From: Salpingoeca rosetta
Taxonomy: Eukaryota > Protista > Choanoflagellata
Direction: 5' to 3'
Assembly: GCA_033442325.1 (NCBI GenBank)
Contig: JAWQFM010000019.1
Location: 200,398 to 264,397, forward strand
DNA length: 64,000 bases
How positions within the stretch are numbered: the first letter of the stretch is position 1; the number at the start of each line of letters is the position of its first letter. The notes under the pieces were generated by a model that was not told where the DNA came from, did no database searches, and saw only the letters and a program-made list of their open reading frames with translations. The position numbers and the translations under genes are program-made. Shown here piece after piece: positions 55,827 to 64,000 of this stretch.

Positions 55827-57476
55827 TCACACCTCCACATCGTCTGTGTGGAACGCGCCAGGCAGCGATGGGCTGTCATCGTCGTTCATGTCGTTGTCGT
55901 TGTGGTTGTTGTTGTGGTTGATGTTGTGCGCTGGGTGATGCGAGTAGAGTTGTCGCGGCGTGATGATGGAAGGCACGCCACCGTCGTTATCGTCATCTTC
56001 ATCAGTGGTGGTGTGGTTGCCAGCATTGGTATCGATGACACGGTAATCGCGATGAGGATGCTGGTGTGGTGGGCGTTGGTGTTGCTGCTGCTGTTGCTGT
56101 CGTGGTGCACTTGTTGCCGTGTTGGAATTGGCGAGCGGGTGTCGCTGTTGTTGCTGTTGTTGCTGGGTCTGGCGTGTCTGCCTTGGGAGTGGCGATGGAT
56201 TTGCTGGGCTCACTTTGCTGCTGGGTTGCTGCAGCTGATACGGCCGCCATCGCTTCGCTGTCTCACCCTGTTGTTGCTGTTGTTGCTGTTGTTGCTTGTT
56301 GTGGTGTCGGCGATGTTGCTGTGGCGTTGAATCCCCTGCATCACCACCACTGGCATCCATGCCAGCGTCACGGCCATCCATGCCCGTCATGTACACGGTG
56401 CGATCGCCGTCTCCGCCACTGCCGCGTGCGCCCGGCAGGCTGGCCAGCGTCAGCTGCGTGTCGTTGTGCCCGCCATCACTCGCGCGCACAGCAAAGAGCG
56501 ACACATCCAGCCCTGGTTGCAGCGTGGTGGTCGTCGCGTGTTGTGTGGCGCGTGGTTTTGTGTGTTGCATTGTGGTGTGCGATGTGGTGTGGGTGTTGTG
56601 TGTGTGTGTGTGTGAGAGAGAGCTTGTGTGAGTACGGCATGGGAGACAAGTGGAGAGAAGGCGGCAAAGCGAGTAATAACACAATTGTTCGCAAAGCAGT
56701 CGGCACATCTCACAGGGACGCGCGCGCATGTGTAGAAAAAGCACTCCGCCATGTACTCACCACGCGGGTCCTGGAGGTGGGGTTTTGCAAAAGAAAGGGC
56801 ATTGAAGGCTTGCAGGAAGAGGCAGATAAGCGCGGTGAGGCAGCTGCACCATGCAATGATGCACACCATGGCCAGAATGTTCCAGCCAAGCCCATCCCAC
56901 TCTCCCTGCAGTGTGCATATGAATGTGTGTATGTATACACGTAAGAGTGTGTGTGTATGCATGTGAGAGAGTGTGTGTATGTATGTATGCATGTGTGTAT
57001 GCATGTGAGAGAGTGTGTGTATGTATGTATGTATGTATGTATGCATGTATGTATGTATGTATGTGTGTGTGTGGTAATGAGGTGTTGTTGGCTGGCAAAC
57101 ATGCGCAGGCGAGGTGCACGTGTGTGTGCCATTAAGCGCTCAATCCAATCACGCTTGTCATCACCACCCCGCCCCTGCCCTCGCATCACAATTTATTCAA
57201 CACGGGCAGCGCCAGCGTGTCGCACCACGTGGTAGAAGATGCCGTCTGCTTCGTCCCAGAAGGGCGCAGTGATGAGCCCAAGCAGCCCGCCCACCAGGTA
57301 GACTGGCAGGGTGGTTGCGAAGCGTGGCGTGCGAACGTTGCGTGGATGGTGGGTGGAAAGCAACGAGCGAGTGGTGAGATGGCGGGGAGGATAATGCTGT
57401 GCAGACAGTGCTGACGTGGCACGCACACAAAGCGACCGGGACAAGGAGCCGGGCAGGCAGAAACGCAGCTGCCATC

Positions 57477-57520
<44 letters not shown>

Positions 57521-58133
57521 TTTGGGTTTCCGCTCCTCTCCCTCCCCCAAGGTGCACGTACTTGGGATGGCATCTGTTGCGTCGTCAATGTTTGCCCTGA
57601 GCAGCGCGAGCATGACGCTGCGGCTGACGGCGCCAGCGGCGATGGCAACCGGTATCACCACCTCGGGGAAGGTCACCCCTGCAAACCCGCTCACAGCAAC
57701 CTGGGTCATGGTTGGAGTGAGGATCGGGGGAGGGGGTGTTAGATGGAGACAACGGAGGGAGGTGCGTCAGGTCAGGATGCACGCAGACACACGACACAGA
57801 CACAGGCACAGGGGCGATATCAGCTCAAACGCAGCACAACAATCATGACACGCACGCGCGCACACACACACACACATACACACAAGAAACAACAACCACG
57901 CACACACGCACACAGACAACAAAACAAAGCATAAGCACGATGATTGCGTTCTGGACCATGGCAGAGATGGCGCCGGCCGTTGCGAGGCGGACGGTGAAGG
58001 ACGGCGGAAGATGGGACCACCGATCCGCAAACAGCTGATGCAACGTGATGGCAGTCACGCCACCAAGCCCAAGTGACACCACAAGGTTCACCGCAGCCTG
58101 ACAGACGCACGCGCACGAGTGTATGTGTGTGTT

Positions 58134-58207
<74 letters not shown>

Positions 58208-59559
58208 GTGTGTGTGTGGGGGGGGGGGGGGCGTTGATAGAGAGATTAGACGCAAGACAACCAGCTCTTCCAGAGGACAACCACACACACACACACACGC
58301 ACGCACGCACAAGCACGACGACACGCACCAATATGGAGCGGGGCGCCGGGTTGTCTTCGACGGGGATGACGTCGCCTGTCTGATTAGCGCGGCGCAGGGA
58401 GGAAAAGCCAAGCAGAAACACGCCTCCAATGGCCTGGAGGCCCGTGGACGAGACAAGCGAGGTTGGCTGGTTCATCACGGCAGTGGTACCACCTGGTGAA
58501 CAAGAAGGGGAGAGGCAGAGAGGCAGAGAGAGGCAGAGCGAGGCAGAGAGTGAGAGAACAGGAGAACGAGCATGTGTATGTGTGTGTGTGTGCGCGCAGT
58601 GAGCTTGCGTGCAGGTGTCACAAGTGGGCAAACTCAACAGTGACAAAATAGCACCGTCCTCGCAGCATGCAACGCCAGCTGCAACTGCGTAACATATTGC
58701 CACATACCGGCGGAGGCGATGCGAGCGCCAGTGAACTTGAGCACAACCGCGGCCATAACGCCAGCCATCACAAACATGCTGGCGTTCCCGCTCGTGTCCT
58801 GTTCAAAGGGTGGCAGGACAATGTGTAAGCCGAGTAAAAGGGCGAGCCGAACATCGCTGACTGAAGCAAGGGCAGCACGCACACACGGATGTACAGGCAC
58901 AGACACACACACACACAGGTGTGATACACACGCACAGGTGTGATACACACGCAAGGTGCGATACACACGCACAAGCAGACAGGCGCAGATGCACACACAC
59001 ACGTGCACGCGCAGTCAAATGCATCAACTTGCACATCTCTTCCTGTGTGCCCAGCTTCCCTTCCAAACAAACAGGCACACACCTGGAGGTGCGCGTTGCC
59101 GGTGACGAGCCAGGAGTTGTCGCCAGCAGTCCAGTAGCGGGGAACAGCGTAGATAAAGGCCGAGACGATACCTGCGAGGAATCCGACGGCGTGTGTGTGT
59201 ATTCGCTCGGTGACTGCGCCCACGATGATGAAGACCACCGTCAGTGCGCGTGCCAGCTCCGACAGCACGTCCATGAACGCGCACGGGTCGCGGTTGATGA
59301 GGAAGAAGTAGCGCTCGCCAATAAACTGCTGCTGATTGCGGTTGGCCTCAAAGCCATTGGAGAACCCGTAGCCGACGAAGAAGAAGGCGACCACTGTCAC
59401 GCTTGCAGCCAGGACGGCGTTGGTCATGGTGGTGACGGCGTTACCACGGTGGATGATGGCCAGCTCGCGCTGCAGGATGCCAAAGGGCAAGGCAAACGAG
59501 GCCAAGGCCACAATCCCCGACACGACAGGGTCCGTCCCCAAAGCACATGGAGACGCCAT
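55827..59559 (-). CDS. Divergent ammonium transporter (Amt family) homologue with long cytosolic tail, multi-exon
   Basis: NAV...FFFVGYGFSNG, FIG..YFFL, IVGAVTER, FIYAVPRYW, IDDATDA, GGLLGLITAP, LGWNILA, EL..GLDVS-like PGLDVS. Multiple TM exons. Confidence 0.88.
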
Positions 59560-59824
59560 CTCGCCAGGACAGCAGCAAGACCAGGAACAGGACGTGGGTG
59601 GCGTGTGCGAAGCAGGTGTGGCGTGTGCGAAGCAGGTGGGGTCAGCTGTGTCATCAAACCAGCCAGCCGCGAAGTTTGTGAGGTTCGTCTTTGGCGGCGG
59701 TTACTGTACTGAAATTCATGGATGTGGAGGCCATTTTTCCACCGTCAAAGATAGCGGCCAGTCAGCAAGGACCACCCATCAGCAAGGCAAGTGAGCAAGG
59801 CACACGATAACGCAAACAGGCAGC

Positions 59825-60795
59825 ATGTCTGGGTATGGATATGGGGGACCCCCTCAGGCACCACAGCAGGAGCTGATCAACTGCCCGACTTGTGGGACAG
59901 CGCTTGTGTGCCCGCCTGGCGCACCCGTCATCTCCTGTGGCATCTGCAAGTGCGTGTCGTGCTCTGTGTGTGTGTGTGTGTGTGCGTGCGTGTTTGTATC
60001 TTGTGTGTGTGTGTGTTTGTATCTTGTGTGTGTGTTTGTATCTTGTGCGTGTGTGTGTGTGTGTGTGTCTGTCTGTCTGTGTGTGTGTGTGTGTCTGTCT
60101 GTCTGTTTACCTGCTTGCCTGTGTGTGTGTGTGTGTGTGTTCGGGAAGCCTGGCGTATGGTTCTTGCTGCCTTTTATCACAGCTCACACCACAGTCCTTC
60201 CTCCCCAACACGCGAACGCATGCACTCCACACGCACTCGCACATGAACGCGTACGCCCATGCAAGAAACCCAATTCGTGTGGCACGGCAACCACAGGCCG
60301 GGCCACCACCGGCTTATGGAGGCCCGCCTCCTCCACAAGCTCCGCCCCAGTCACGTCAACCGTCGCACCCTCCAATCACACACCAAGGAGGATGGGCGCC
60401 TGGGCCTGTCGTCCCTGGACCACGTGAGCAGCATTGTGTGTGTGTGTGTGCTGTGTGTGTTGTGTGCTGTGTGTGTTGTGTGCTGTCTGCGTTGTGTGCT
60501 GTCTGCTGTGTGTGTGTGCTGTGTGCTGTGTGCTGTGCTGTGACTTGGCACGCTGGAAGATGAGGTCAGCTCACGTGTCATGAATTTGTCTCGGGATTGT
60601 TTTGTTCCCGCAGAGTCTGGCCCACCCCCTGGGCCGTTTCACGTGCGACGAAGACGCGCCCTCATCATCGGCATCAACTACATGGGTGCGTGTGCGCTCG
60701 TGCTCTGCTGTGTACATGTATGCGTGCGGTTTTTCATCCGATTTTGCATGCACATGCGCATGTGCTTGTGCACATGTACAGCCCTGTGCCTCACA

Positions 60796-60855
<60 letters not shown>

Positions 60856-61589
60856 TGTGTGTGTTGTCTGGTGTTGCCAGGAACGAGCGCTGAGCTGGGT
60901 GGCTGCATCAACGACGCTCGCGTAAGCACGTCGATGGTGACGTCTGATCTGCTGTGTGCTGTGCGGTGCGTGTGCTTCGTGCATGCATTTAACTACGTCG
61001 TGCATGGCTGTAAACAACAACAACCCCCCACACACACATCATCATAACATCACCTTGCTCATTCCCACGTGCAACACCCGCGTACATCCCCTCTCCACAT
61101 GTGTCATGCATGGCAGTGCATGCACTATCTGCTCAAGACCAAGTTTGGGTTCCAGGACGCTGACATTCTTCTCCTCACCGAAGACAACCCAAACCCCATC
61201 ATGCACCCGACCCGCCAGAACATCATCAACGTACGTGGACGTGTGCGTGTGCGTGTATGCGTGCGTGTGTGTGTCTGTGTGTGTGTGTGTGTGTGTGTGT
61301 TTGTGCGTGAGAGATGGGAGTGCAACCTCCTGAGTTACGTTTCCGGTCTGTTGTTCCTCATGCGTATCACGTGTGTGACGACAGGGCATGCGGTGGTTGG
61401 CGGGAAGCGCGCAGCCTGGTGACTCGCTCTTCTTCCATTTCAGGTACGATGACGATGATGATGATGATGATGATGATATTCGTGGTGGTGTTGGTGGTGG
61501 TGTCAACACATCCCGCAAACATTCCTCGACTGCACCATTGAACAACAGCACCATCTCACATTCAACATCACCATCACCACCACCACCAC

Positions 61590-61636
<47 letters not shown>

Positions 61637-62002
61637 CATCATCACCACCATCACCACCACCATCATCACCACCACCATCACCAGCGGGCATGGCAGCCAG
61701 CGGCGGGACCGCGATGGCGACGAGATTGACGGTTTGGACGAGACAATATTGCCCCTAGACCACCGGCGTGCCGGGCAGATTGTGGATGACCAGATCAACG
61801 ACCTCATCGTGCGCCCCCTGCCCCAGGGATGCCGCCTCCACGCCGTCGTCGACGCCTGCCACAGCGGATCAGGTGCAGTGGTGTGGTTGTGGTTGTGGTA
61901 TGTCTGTGTGTGTTTGCATTGTTTGTGTTTTGCTTTGTGTGTGTGTGTGTGTCTGTGTGTGTGTGTGTGTGTGTCTGTGTGTGTTTGTTGTGTGTGTGTC
62001 TG

Positions 62003-62071
<69 letters not shown>

Positions 62072-63256
62072 GTAGATCCTTTTTAGCATTTACAACCTGT
62101 GCTGTCTTCTCTTCAGCTCATTGCTCCATCTCAACTCCCACCCCTTCTCACACCACCACCACCACAACCACCCTAATCCCAACCCCCTGCAGTGATGGAT
62201 CTGCCGTACATGCTGCGCGGAACAGACGGGTACGGCCGCGCCAACTGGCTGCACGAGGCTGCTTTTGCCCGGAAATTCAAGGGCACCAGCGGGGGAGAGG
62301 CGGTGTGTTTCTCCGCCTGCGATGATTCACAGACATCTGCAGACACAACTGCGTTCTCAAAAGTCACGCGCACGGGCGCCATGACCTTCCTCTTCATCGA
62401 GGCCATCGAAAGTACGGCGTGGAGTGGAGTGTGTGTGATTGTGTGTCTGTGTGTGCCTGTGTGTGTGTGTGTGTGTGTGTGTCTATGTCTGTGTCTGTCT
62501 GTCTGTGTGTGTGCTTGTGTGTATCTGTGTGCGTGTGTGTGTGTGTGTGTCTCCGTCCCTGTGCGAGCGTTGTGCAAGTTGCTTCTCACCCCTGTTTTCT
62601 CCCCCGCCTGCCTCCGCCATCCGGCCACCAGATGGGCACGGCTCCACATACGCGTCGGTCCTCGCCCAGATGAAGGCTCGCCTCCGCGCCGCCCGCGTAC
62701 GTAATTTGCTGCCATTGAGAGAGGGTGGATGCAGTGACGCTGGGCAGTGCGATGGATGGATGTTGCTTGCGTGATGTTATGGACTGGAGCACATTGGGGT
62801 GTCGCTCACATGGAAGTGTCGTTCACGCTCACACACACGCACACACACATGCACACACACACACACAATCACACACACACGCACACAATCACACGCACAC
62901 CTTGCATGATCGTATGCAGGCGTCAACGTCCAGTGCAGATCCGTTTGGATTTGGTGGGGGCAGCATGTTGACGGGCGTCCTTGGTATGCTCGTGTCTGGT
63001 GGCAGCTATCGCCCCAGTGCACGCGGCCTCTCCCAGATTCCACAGCTCTCCTCCAGCCAGCCCTTTGACATCAACAGGTCAGGCATGTGTGTGCGTGTGT
63101 GTGTGTGTGTGTATGTGCGTGTGTGCGTGTGTGCGTGCGTGATACATGTTGATGCCGTGTTGTATCAACTCCTGAATGCCCATCGCTTCCACCTCACGTC
63201 ACCGCATCAACACACACAACCATGTGGTGCATTCCGACAGGCCGTTTGTCCTGTGA
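59825..63256 (+). CDS. Type I metacaspase with LSD1-type zinc finger and Pro/Gln-rich prodomain, multi-exon
   Basis: [60 protein letters not shown] (catalytic His), [19 protein letters not shown] (catalytic Cys), [25 protein letters not shown]. Confidence 0.97.
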
Positions 63257-63869
63257 TGTTGATTCTTGCCCTCAAGGCAGCTATGGTGATGCGTTACGTT
63301 GCCACAAGCTTGTGCCGTAACGTAAAACGTTGTTGTCAGTCAGAACTCTGTCCGTGTATTGTAGCTGAACCGCGTGCCCTCGTGAAGCATCACACGTGCA
63401 CGTCAATGTAACGAATCAAAATCAGCGAAAACACAGTGGAACAGACGCAGTCGTGGAAGAAAAGCGGAGAGGGGCCGGCAACGTCATGAGAAAGCGAGCA
63501 AGGAGGCGATATGGGAGGTGGTCAAAATGGGCTGTTGAGTAAAAAAGATGCAACAAGACAAACAAACAAAGAGCACAAACAAAGAGCTGTCCTAATGCAA
63601 GCTCACATCAGGAAAAGCACGACAGTTCAACGACACGTTGAAAGGGGCTTTGAGAAGCTAGCGCGGGAAAGGAAGGATCAAAAGGAAACAGAACGCAGGC
63701 GGAGACAGAAAGCATTCGACAAGTGTACACAGGACTTGTGGAAGGCGGAAACGAGACAAACTGCGCCGTCACATTCAACGCTTTTGACAACGACACACTC
63801 CCTTAAAAAAACAAGAAGAGCAATACACAGAGGCAGACACACACATACACAAAAGCACATGCACGCGCA

Positions 63870-64000
63870 TTAAGACTGCTGTTGTGTGGAGGAGGACGAG
63901 GATGATGCTGTGGCTGGCTGCTGGTTCTGGTGGTAGATGTCTGGAAGGCCGCTGGGCGGCGGTGGAAGGCCACTTCGCGTGGCTTCGGCGCTCGAGTCGA
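63870..64000 (-). CDS. 3' end of an unidentified gene (partial)
   Basis: Open frame DSSAEATRSGLPPPPSGLPDIYHQNQQPATASSSSSSTQQQS* followed by UTR-like sequence. Confidence 0.5.
   Translation of the reverse strand, partial: DSSAEATRSGLPPPPSGLPDIYHQNQQPATASSSSSSTQQQS

Overview
Eukaryotic, GC-rich, intron-dense, microsatellite-rich genomic DNA. The (GT)n/(CA)n-laden introns, the receptor tyrosine kinase and the compact gene spacing suggest a choanoflagellate such as Salpingoeca rosetta (inference). Most ORF-track entries are repeat noise, so genes were rebuilt by splicing GT-AG exons by eye. Genes in order: farnesyltransferase beta (5' partial); an intronless Fic-domain protein; a very large DUF4062-like/NACHT (STAND) NTPase; an intronless soluble HMG-CoA reductase; an arylsulfatase spanning an N-gap; AdoMet decarboxylase; a disrupted ALKBH6 running into an unrelated ORF; gamma-glutamyl hydrolase; an uncharacterised membrane protein; a C2H2 zinc-finger protein; an ectodomain-less SAM-SAM receptor tyrosine kinase; a degenerate ammonium transporter; a plant-like type I metacaspase; and the 3' end of one more gene. 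Most notable observations: (1) the STAND NTPase domain is split between Walker A and Walker B by about 1,500 aa carrying four SH3-like modules; (2) introns show a window-wide polarity of G/T repeats after the donor and complementary C/A repeats before the acceptor; (3) the Amt homologue has lost both pore histidines; (4) the RTK has almost no ectodomain; (5) the metacaspase has an LSD1 zinc finger. Exon boundaries are manual and unverified by transcript data.
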